Part shown: positions 53,760 through 64,000 of the stretch, one piece after another
Layout of the letters: each line of letters starts with the position of its first letter
Numbering within the stretch: position 1 is the first letter of the stretch
DNA from: Octopus sinensis
Lineage: Eukaryota
Length of the DNA stretch: 64,000 nt
Assembly (NCBI RefSeq): GCF_006345805.1
Contig: NC_043001.1
Span: 16,864,001-16,928,000 of the forward strand
Direction of reading: 5' to 3'
Made by a program: the position numbers and the translations under genes
Notes under the pieces: generated by a model
Database searches by the model: none
The model's input: the letters and a program-made list of their open reading frames with translations, nothing else
What the model was told of the DNA's origin: nothing

Positions 53760-55050
53760 CTGCAACATTTCTCGTAATAAAGGAGTTATTAGAAAGCGCG
53801 TGAGTGAGATAACATTAAGCAAGAATTACTATTAACATACTTAAATACAAAAATGCAAAAATACTTGTGATTCTTTTGTATTTGATAACATTAACTCAAT
53901 GAGATCCTAGGACGCGATATTTTCACAAAGGGACTGAATTAGCAACACAATACATCGAGAAAAATAGCGACTGCGTTAAGTTTTGCGAACCATAAATAAA
54001 TTTGCAAAAAATAGTCTTGGTCACAACTGATGGTGCGCCCAATTTGGTAGACCGAAGTATTGATTTTGTAAAGCAATTTACAGAAGCTATTGGCCACTGC
54101 AGTATTTCTTCACATTGTATTGTATATCAGGAAGAATTATGAGAGCAAAAGTAGGCTTTACAGATTTCAATGATGTGATGCGAATTGTAACCAAGATTGT
54201 CAATTCGATAGCAACACTAGAGCTTCGCCTAAACGATTATTTAATTTGCATTTAAATGAGATGCGTTCGGTTTATATTGATTTATTAACGTAAATTAATG
54301 TATCGTGATTGAGTCGTGGTTAAATACGTTTGTCGCATGCTTAAGTGAACGTGATCTTACTTTAAACATGAAAAGCATTGAGCATAACATTCTTTAGCTA
54401 AATGATTTTGTTTAACACTGTAAACTTGATTTACAAATTGTTCATTCTATCAGCAATGAAATTAACTGTAAACATCGAGGTTTGGGAAAACCTACTAACA
54501 TGATATTTTGGTTTAATCTAGCGTTTTTGAGAGTGAGTTCCACATATTTCTGTGTGATTTAAAAGTTTCGAGTACTTCCCACGACGAAGACATTGTTTGA
54601 AGAGATCAGCTGTAAGAATCTTGAATAATACGCAAAAACACTTTATAGAAATTCCAAGGATTCTAACTGAAAAGTTTTTCTCTAAATATGTGCAATTCGT
54701 CGGGTTACAGAAAACAACACTATTTATAAAATATCCTAATAAAGCACGGATCTGAAAGTTGTTGCGTTTAAGTAGTTTGACTTAAGAGATCTAGAAAAGC
54801 AGTTGGCCGCCATATATTGCCAATGCTTTTGGGAAGCCAAAGTCCATTGCACTTAGAAGAAATTGAACGTGAACATGCTCAAGTATTTTTTAATAAACTT
54901 TCAAACAGTGGACTTCTGAGAATGTAGAACTGAGTAACCGAAAATATTGATACACTTAAAATTCTTATAAAGAGTCATGCTAAACCATTTGTCTCACCAA
55001 CGTATTCATGTGAAATATTATTTCTCAGCATTAAATAATATGGAAATATT
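53760..55050 (+). pseudogene. Highly decayed hAT (Charlie/GTF2IRD2-like) transposase
   Basis: ~54017-54143 translates LVTTDGAPNLVDRSIDFVKQFTEAIGHCSISSHCIVYQEEL*, followed by ..VMRIVTKIVNSI.. and ..VS*LSRG. These match the hAT TDGA, HCxxH and VRWLSRG motifs; many stops; boundaries approximate. Confidence 0.7.
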
Positions 55051-55112
55051 AAAAATCCCCAAATGGTTGTTGTTTAACTTTAAAAGATCTACGTCATATC
55101 CTTCCTATAAAG

Positions 55113-56402
55113 CAGACATGTCAAACTTCAGGCCCGCGGTCCACTTCCGGCCCGTACAACAATTTCATCCGGCAGTGTGCGCAGTGATGAATCTGATGTA
55201 GAAGAGAAGGATATTTTTTGGAGGAGATTACATATTATGTATAGCATAAAGTTGTTTGCAAAGTTAACCAAGTCAGCGTCACGGAGTTCCCAAAGCAATA
55301 CTTTGCTCGTAAATTGAGTGCACTCCACACTGAATTCGCGAGGGCACTTTAGTGACCTGGAAGCACAGAAAAGTAATTACGAGCTGCTTCGCGACCCATT
55401 TGCAGTCAATGTGGAAACTGCATCTGTACATATTCAAATGGAGCTGACAGAACTGCAGTGTAATGGGACATAAAGAGCAAAGTACGTGGCCTTGGGTCTC
55501 GCACAGTTCACTCGCTTCGTACCTGAAGCTATGCCCCAGCTCCGTTTACATTCAGCTTGAACGCGGTCTTTGTTTGGGAGCATATATTTGTGCGACCAGC
55601 TGTTCTCTGTGATGAAGATGAATAAAACGTCACATAAGAGTTGCCTCACAGATGAACACCCGCAATCCATCCTGATAGTCTCAACAACACAGAACCTTGC
55701 CCTAAACATCAATGAATTTGTTGCCAAGAAAAGATGCCAAGTATGTAGCTCGGACAAAATTGCATAAAGAAAATGAAAAGTTTTGATTTATTATCTTAAT
55801 TTTCACTAAAAACCATATCTTTATATTTCTTTCTTTTGCAAAATGTTATTTTAAATTTTTATAAATTTGACAGGAGATATTTTTATGCAGAGCAAAATAT
55901 TTTAAGTAATTTAAGTTAAGAAGGGGCAATGTCCCAGTGATTAGGGCAGCGGCCTCGCGGTCGGATGATCGCGGTTTCGACTCCCAGACCGGGCGTTGTG
56001 CGTGTTTATTGAGCGAAAACACCTAAAGCTCCACGAGGCTCCGGTAGGGAGTGGTGGCGATCCCTTGTTGTACTCTTTCACCACAACTTTCTCTCACTCT
56101 TTCTTCCTGTTTCTTAAGTAACGCTGCGATGGACTGGCGCCCCGTCCAGCGGGGGGGGGGGACACATACGCCACAGAAACCGGGAAACCGGGCCCATGAG
56201 CCTGGCTAGGCTTGAAAAGGGCGCATAAATAAATAAATTTAAAGTTAATTTATTTATGGAGTAAAATTATATACCATCTCTTTCAATACATGTTCATGTT
56301 CAAAAAAATTGAAACTGTCCAATGAATGTTTATCCTGTTCGGCCCGCGACCTAAACTGTGATTTGAATTTTGTCCCCTGTGCGATTGAGTTTGACACCCC
56401 TG
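55113..56402 (+). mobile_element. Internally deleted hAT/Charlie (SPIN/GTF2IRD2-like) transposon
   Basis: Ends cagacatgtcaaact / agtttgacacccctg; 8-bp TSD c(t/c)ataaag. C-terminal dimerisation region LRDPFAVNVETASVHIQMELTELQCNGT...FGSIYLCDQLFSVMKMNKTSHKSCLTDEH..KKRCQV, with stops. Confidence 0.88.
55921..56237 (+). mobile_element. SINE family C with tail T2, nested in the hAT element
   Basis: Family C head and body, then gtaacgctgcgatggactggcg...gggcgcataaataaataaa; imperfect TSD aattta(a)agttaa. Confidence 0.88.
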
Positions 56403-56638
56403 CCATAAAGCAACAAAATGCCATCAAAATAAACGTAACATTTTAAATATAATTTTATTATCCTAGTGTTATATTACATTATGAAATTTCAAGTTTTATT
56501 AAACTCCTACTTTATAAATGTACTTAAGGTTGGGTCGCTTTTCTATAAGGATTTACATAAAACGTAAAATACGTCTGCATAGAAAGTGACACTCTAAAAG
56601 AAAAATTGTTTAAGATATTAAAAATAAAATGTCGTACT

Positions 56639-56875
56639 CGTATGTGTTTCCCCCCAGCTGGACGGGACGCCAGTCCATCGCAACGTTCCTCAAGAAACAG
56701 GAAGAAAGAGTGAGAGAAAGTTGGGGCGAAAAAGTATAACAGGGGTCGCCACCACCCCCTGGAGCTTTTAGGTGTTTTCACTCAATAAACACACAAAACG
56801 CCCAGTCTGGGAATCGAAACCGCGATCCTCCGACTGGGAGTCCGCTGCTCTAACCACTGGGCCATTGCGCCTCCA
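56639..56875 (-). mobile_element. SINE family C with partial tail T2
   Basis: Reverse-complement match to 55921-56170. Confidence 0.85.
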
Positions 56876-56999
56876 CAATAGTAATATTACTACTATTATA
56901 ATCAGTAGGAGCAGGATAAGCAGTGGCAATAGTATCATCATCACCATCATCATCACCATCATCATCATCATCAATAGTAGTAGTAGTAGTAGTAGTAGT

Positions 57000-57034
<35 letters not shown>

Positions 57035-57039
57035 AAACA

Positions 57040-57346
57040 GGCCCTCTTATGCAAATCTATTCCAGAAATCGCTAATATATACTAAAACAAAAGGAAACTG
57101 AAAAACTTTCCTCTACGATTGCTTCATTGTATGGAAGTCAGCCTAGAAAAATTGAAATAAGTTTTAAAACATTCCTCAAAGGGATTAATAAAAATATACA
57201 ATTCACCAAGGAATATAACATAACCAACTCCCATTTTCAGAGATGTAATAAAGTCAACAGTCAAATGGAGATAGACATTTACTATAAACCAAAGAATACC
57301 AAACAATATCTTCCTTTCAATTCATGTCATCTAAACACACCATTAT
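57040..57346 (+). pseudogene. Penelope-like element reverse transcriptase fragment
   Basis: Frameshifted FLYDCFIVW (YxDD region) ...INKNIQFTKE... IDIYYKPKNTKQYLPFNSCH, matching the PLE RT thumb motif T/ID.Y.KPT....YL.F.S.HP. Confidence 0.75.
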
Positions 57347-57348
57347 AG

Positions 57349-58127
57349 GCAGGGTCGGATTAAGACCCGCAGAGGCCCTAAGCACTTAAAAGATTTTGGT
57401 GTTTTCTTAAATATGTAATTCAAAATAAAAACAATGATAAATCATAAAATAAACTTTTATTTTTAAAAATGAAACACACTAATGGTAAGATGGAAAGTTA
57501 TGTTTATATATATAAAGCAGAAGTTGTCTGTGTCTGGCAGGTTTGGTAGCCTTCAACTAAAACTATCTCCTCCGAGACCCTGCGACGCAAGTTGACCAAA
57601 ATTGAGAGTATGATAGAAGAAGCCTTGCTCTTCCTTTCGTAGCAGTAAAAATTCAAATCGGACCATGTTAACACCAAAAATTATTTACATCAAAAAGGTG
57701 CTTTTTTTCTATGAAAATCCCTATTTTTTACGATTTTTTGACTGCTGTGTCGCCATTTTTCGGTGCATTTCAACTAGAAAAATGTTCACTTAAAGAGAAT
57801 AACAAGCTATATAATCTAAAATATTTACTTTTCAAAAATTTCAATTCTAAAGGGTCGAAACAAACCCGAGCAACGCCGGGCGATGCTGCTAGTTTTCGTA
57901 TATATTCGAAAAGTTTTCTATTTTTTTTTATAAATTGCAAAGTCCTCGCTATGACACCATAAACATTTAGAAAATATATTTCCGATCATTTAAACCACTT
58001 CGAATATTATTTTAGCAAATTTAAAGTGATTTCTTTTGTATTGTAAACCATTTACCATTTCTGTGGTGCTCCCCTTCCATTGACATCTTAGCACATGCTT
58101 AATCTGCTTAATGGTTAATCCAGCGTT
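57349..58127. mobile_element. MITE-like DNA element (CAGGG(C/T)CGGATTAA-type ends)
   Basis: Left end cagggtcggattaagacc...ggccctaagcac; right end gcttaatggttaatccagcgtt (imperfect inverted ends). Confidence 0.55.
57503..57892 (+). mobile_element. Non-autonomous Helitron nested in a MITE
   Basis: Starts t(t)tatatatataaag and ends cccgagcaacgccgggcgatgctgCTAG|T. Confidence 0.8.
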
Positions 58128-58169
58128 AATAATAAAGGGTCTTATATTAAGCAACCGTTATTAGACCTT

Positions 58170-58725
58170 CTGGTTGGATTCTCAAGAGTGACTAACAGAT
58201 TCCACGGATATTATCTAATTATCTCGTTCTTGGTCTGTCCCTAGGTCTCCTTCCGGTTAGTTCGGCTTGAAGAACCCTTCCTGAAGCATTTTAATCTAAC
58301 ATGGTTCGACCTGGAAGGATACTCTGACCTCCGAGCTACTCATCTAACGTTATTCCAGAGATCCTTCCAGAAACCTCCGTATCGATTGCTTATAATCGCG
58401 ATGGTAGTCATTCGATTTTTAACTAATATTCGCGGGCCACAGGTGAAAATTGGCAAAAATAGCAAAAAAAAAAACATGAATTGCAGATAGTAAGTTCGGC
58501 TTTTTACCAACCTCTCTTGTTCTGGGTACCAAATGCTGAAGTTGGCGCATTACTGTGCTATCACCTGCCATTCTAGCATTCAATTCAGCCATCTGCTTCT
58601 CTTCAATCGCGAATACGGTCCCAAGGTACCTAAACATAACCACATGTTTCAGTAATGTTCCATGAACATACAGGGGTGCACTGAGAAGACTTCCACGAGA
58701 AGTCAATTTTGCAGTAAATAGGGAG
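58170..58725 (-). pseudogene. RTE-clade LINE 3' fragment
   Basis: Minus strand VHGTLLKHVVMFRYLGTVFAIEEKQMAELNARMAGDSTVMRQL, and downstream GRRPRDRPRTR*LDNI (RTE/CR1-type FKYLG and GRRPRGRPRTRW motifs). Confidence 0.75.
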
Positions 58726-58744
58726 TGAGAGAGCGAGGAGTAGG

Positions 58745-58782
58745 CATACTTACATACATACATACACACATACATGCAGGCA

Positions 58783-58816
<34 letters not shown>

Positions 58817-60267
58817 CATACAAACATACATAAATACATACAAACATACATACATACATACATACATACATACATACATGCATACATACATGCATACATA
58901 CATGCATACATACATGCATGCACGCATGCATACATACATACATACATACATGCATGCATGCATGCATGTATACATACGTACATACATGCATGCATGCATG
59001 CATGCATGCATGTATACATACATACATACATGCATGCATACATACATACATACATACATACATGCATGCATACATGCATGCATGCATACATACATACATA
59101 CATACATACATGCATGCATGCATGCATGCATACATACATACATGCATGCATGCATGCATACATACATACATACATACATACATAAATACATACATACATA
59201 CATAAATACATACATACATACATAAATACATACATACATACATACATATACATACATACATACATACATACATGCATGCATGCATGCATACATACATACA
59301 TACATACACGCATACATACATACATACATACATACTTACATACATGCATACTTACATACATACATACATACATGCATACATGCATACATGCATACATACA
59401 TGCATGCACGCATGCATACATACATACATACATACATACATACATGCATGCATGCATGCATGCATGTATACATACATACATACATGCATGCATGCATGCA
59501 TGCATACATACATACATACATACATACATACATGCATGCATGCATACATACATGCATGCATGCATGCATACATACATACATACATACATACATACATACA
59601 TACATACATACATGCATGCATGCATGCATGCATGCATACATACATACATGCATGCATGCATGCATACATACATACATACATACATACATACATAAATACA
59701 TACATACATACATAAATACATACATACATACATACATAAATACATACATACATACATACATACATACATACATACATACATACATGCATGCATGCATGCA
59801 TACATACATACATACACGCATACATACATACATACATACATACATACTTACATACATACATACATGCATACATGCATACATGCATACATACATGCATGCA
59901 CGCATGCATACATACATACATACATACATACATACATACATACATGCATGCATGCATGCATGCATGCATGCATACATACATACATACATACATACATACA
60001 TACATACATACATACATGCATGCATGCATGCAGCATGCATGCATGCATACATACATACATACATACATAAATACATACATACATACATACAGAAATACAT
60101 ACATACATAAATACATACATACATACATACATACATACATACATACATACATACATACATGCATGCATGCATGCATACATACATACATACACGCATACAT
60201 ACATACATACTTACATACATGCATACTTACATACATACATACATACATGCATACATATATACATGCA
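58745..60267 (+). repeat. 1.5-kb (CATA)/(CATG)n array with higher-order periodicity
   Basis: Direct reading; rare variants recur at ~490 bp. Confidence 0.95.
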
Positions 60268-60462
60268 GGTATAAGACAGACAGGCAGATAGACAGATAGG
60301 TTGACAAATAGATAAGTGGCTGGATAGATGTATATATATATAGAGAGAGAGAGAGGGAGAGGTGGGTATAGATGGACAAACAGACAGACAGCTAGACAGA
60401 GAGACAGACAAATAGAGACAGACAGACAGACAGACAGATAGATAGATAGATAGATAGATAGG

Positions 60463-60550
<88 letters not shown>

Positions 60551-60710
60551 CAGACAGAGATGTAGCACTAACAGATGCAATAACAAATCTCGCCACTGCA
60601 ACAGCTGATGCATCCACCATTTCTAATGACAACCGTTTAGTTGTGCAAGTTTTTTGTTAGACGTCGTCAATATAGACACAGCACCACTAGTTTTTAAAAT
60701 CATCAAACAA

Positions 60711-60719
60711 AATAACAAC

Positions 60720-60798
<79 letters not shown>

Positions 60799-60870
60799 GT
60801 AACAATAACAATAATAATAATAATAATAATAATAAGAATAATAATAATAATATAGTAATAATAATAATAA

Positions 60871-60913
<43 letters not shown>

Positions 60914-60948
60914 GTAATAATAATAATAATAAAATAATAATAATAATG

Positions 60949-60984
<36 letters not shown>

Positions 60985-61017
60985 TAGTAATAATAACAAT
61001 AATAATAATATAATAAA

Positions 61018-61048
<31 letters not shown>

Positions 61049-61155
61049 GTAATAATAACAATAATAATAATATAAAATAATAATAATAATAATAATAGTA
61101 ATAATAGTAATAAAATAATAATAATAATAATAATAAAATAATAATAATAATGATA

Positions 61156-61219
<64 letters not shown>

Positions 61220-61221
61220 TA

Positions 61222-61285
<64 letters not shown>

Positions 61286-61287
61286 TA

Positions 61288-61346
<59 letters not shown>
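60711..61346 (+). repeat. (AAT)n microsatellite
   Basis: Direct reading. Confidence 0.97.
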
Positions 61347-61885
61347 CTACTATCTTGTAACTTTCGACTTTTGCATTTTTATTTTGTTCTTTTTTTTCCA
61401 GTTTTTTTTTTTCCAGCTTTTTTTCTCCCCCACCCCCACCCTTCCCCCTCCCTTCCTGTAAAAAAGCACAAAACTGACAAAAAAAAAAAAAAACCAACAA
61501 CAACAACAAGAACAAGAACAACCAACCACAGCATCTCAGATAACGGGAATTTTGTCGGCAATATTAACTTTCAGACGTTGTTTCTATTGTTTGATTTCCG
61601 GTAACCTTCTCAGACAGCCAACATTCTCATTCTAGCTTACATGGCTAATATCTCTTTTTTTTTTCTTCCCATACATTGCACTATTTCGTGGGAATATTGT
61701 TACTTTGAAGAAGATTCTGCTTTTTTTTTCCTTTTCTTTTTTTTCTTTTCTTTTCTTTTCCTTTCTCTTCCTTCCTTTTCTTTTTTATTTTTTTTATTTT
61801 TTCTTTTTGCTTTTCTTTTCTTCAATTTCTTCCTCATTTATTTATGTCTGGTTAGGTTTTGCTGTCTAAATATTTAGTACCCGCG

Positions 61886-61925
<40 letters not shown>

Positions 61926-62304
61926 ACACACGCTCATATATACGTATATGTATATATATTATGCGTGTGTGTGTATATATATAAGCATATACACAATATA
62001 AATCCAGTTGTAATTGAACCGTTATTTTATCCGACTTTAATTGATGATGATGATGATGAGATGATGATGATGATTGATGGTGGTGGTGGCGGTGGTGGTG
62101 GTGGTGGTGGTGGTGGTGGTGGTGGTGGTTATGATGATGGAGATGGTGGTGTAGGGTCAGCAGCAATGGTGGAGATATTAACGACGATGATAATGTGTAA
62201 TGCCTTTTGAGTAAGTTTTTTTCTCCAGTAACGCATTCCCGTTGCTTCTTGTATTGCTGTTGTATTCTTCTTCCAATCAGGACTCACGCCATTAGCCACA
62301 AAGA

Positions 62305-62748
62305 ATAATCTTTAATTCGAGCCTACTCTAAGCCACTAAAAGTGCGTGTAGCTCTATGAAGATCCACCCACCACACGCGATAGACTGGCGGTTGCACGGA
62401 CGCGAAAGCTACGTTGTTATCCTCATTCCGTAAACGGTGGCTTTTAACAGGTGGAGAGCTGAACCATCCTGGGGTACAGAGGATTCGCAATCTAGACAAG
62501 GGTCTGAAATTTACCACACCGTAGTGGGTTACACCATGGTTACTCTGCTTTGTGGCAGAAGTAGGAAGAAAGAGTGAGAGAAAGTTGTGGGGAAAGAGTA
62601 CAGCGGGGTTCACGGCCCCCACCGACAGAGCCTCGTGGAGCTTAGGTGTTTTTGTTCAATAAACACTCACAATGCCCGGTCTGGGAATCGAAACCGCGTT
62701 CTTACGACCGCGAGTCCGCTGCCCTAACTACTGGGCCATTGCGCCTCC
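62305..62748 (-). mobile_element. SINE family C with a third tail type (T4)
   Basis: Head and body at 62560-62748 match family C; 62305-62560 is GC-richer sequence unrelated to T2 or T3 (left boundary approximate). Confidence 0.7.
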
Positions 62749-63018
62749 ACTATTGCTGTTGTTGTTGTTCTTGTTCTTGTTGTTGATGTCGTTGTCGTTG
62801 TTGCTTTGGATTGTCCAGATTATCCTTTACCAAGTAGTTCTATATTCAAAAGCGTTCCAGTCATGACCATTTGACTATTTTTACCTTAATAAAAATTATT
62901 AAGACGGAAACAATGTCCTTCAGCATTTCAAGATGGTGAAAGAAACAAATGCTTCTTTAGTCTTAATTGATATATTTAATCACGATAATATTTCTCTCTC
63001 ATTATTGATAACATAATT

Positions 63019-63546
63019 AAGGCGTCGAGCTGGCAGAATCGTTAGCACGCCGGGCGAAATGCTTAGCGATATTTCGTCTGCCGTTACGTTCTGAGTTCAA
63101 ATTCCGCCGAGGTCAACTTTGCCTTTCATCCTTTCGGGGTCGCGTAAATAAGTACCAGTTACGCACTGGGGTCGATATAATCGACTAAATCCGTTTGTCT
63201 GTCCTTGTTCGTCCCCTCTGTGTTTAGCCCCTTGTGGGTAGTAAAGAAATATTTATTTCGTCTGCCGTTACGTTCTGAGTTCAATTTCCGCCGAGGTCGA
63301 CTTTGCCTTTCATCCTTTCGGGGTCGATAAATTAAGTACCAGTTACGCACTGGGGTCGATATAATCGACTTAATCCCTTTTTCTGTCCTTGTTTGTCCTC
63401 TCTGTGTTTAGCCCCTTGTGGGTAGTAAAGAAATATGTATTTCGTCTGCCGCTACGTCCTGAGTTCAAATTCCACTGAGGTCGACTTTTCCTTTCGAGGT
63501 CGAGGAAATAAGTCCCAGTTGCGCACTGGGATCGATCTAATCGACT
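63019..63546 (+). mobile_element. SINE family B tandem array (~2.8 units)
   Basis: tatttcgtctgcc recurs at ~63070, 63254 and 63438. Confidence 0.9.
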
Positions 63547-63582
63547 AGCTCCCTTCCCCTAAAATTTTCAAGTCTTTGTTCA

Positions 63583-63835
63583 CGGGGATATTCAGCGTGA
63601 CACGGAGTGACAAGGCCGGCCCCTTGAAATACAGGTACAACAGAAACAGGAAGTAAGAGTGAGAGAAAGTTGTGGTGAAAGAGTACAGCAGGGATCACCA
63701 CCATCCCTGCCGGAGCCTCGTGGAGCTTTTAGGTGTTTTCGCTCAATAAACACTCACGACGCCCGGTCTGGGAATCGAAACCGCGATCCTATGACCGCGA
63801 ATCCGCTGCCCTAACCACTGGGCCATTGCACCTCC
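63583..63835 (-). mobile_element. SINE family C, tail T3 truncated
   Basis: Near-identical to 13181-13432. Confidence 0.88.
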
Positions 63836-64000
63836 TACTTCGGAATATCACAGCATTATATAGGTTTTGCTTTCAATTTTAACCTGAATAAATTAAATTA
63901 GGTTTCCGACCCAACGAATGAGCTTTTACGTGGTTGTACGACTTCTTTCGGATAGCAGTCAAATATTCCTCAAATCACACCTATCAAAATAAAAAGTGGA

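Noticed and set aside
58419-61521. Long 200-426 aa ORFs (MYVC/HTYI, poly-Tyr, poly-Asn)
   Set aside because: Products of stop-free (CATA/CATG)n and (AAT)n microsatellites; only the RTE-derived end of 58419-59345 is protein-like.

Overview
AT-rich, microsatellite-saturated eukaryotic (animal) genomic DNA, not prokaryotic. The SINE repertoire and repeat style point to a coleoid cephalopod, most likely Octopus (inference). The only supported host gene is the 3' half of a spliced BMP1/tolloid-like metalloprotease on the + strand: 10 GT-AG exons from 28269 to 49681, 1679 coding nt, phases fully compatible, encoding CUB2-EGF1-CUB3-EGF2-CUB4-CUB5-stop. No upstream exon (signal, prodomain, astacin or CUB1) was recognised in the first 28 kb, and a 100-N scaffold gap lies about 350 bp before the first visible exon. 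The rest is mobile DNA: several tRNA-derived SINE families that swap heads and tails and form recurrent ~184-bp tandem arrays, non-autonomous Helitrons, a deleted mariner, two hAT/Charlie relics, RTE and Penelope RT fragments, and a TTAGGG-bearing element with an 8-bp TSD. Features worth follow-up are minimal hammerhead-ribozyme-like motifs, many inverted repeats that could form dsRNA (ADAR substrates, including a 55-bp hairpin whose only mismatches are A:C), and a 36-bp templated insertion at a retroposon junction. Almost all ORFs in the supplied track are microsatellite or SINE artefacts.
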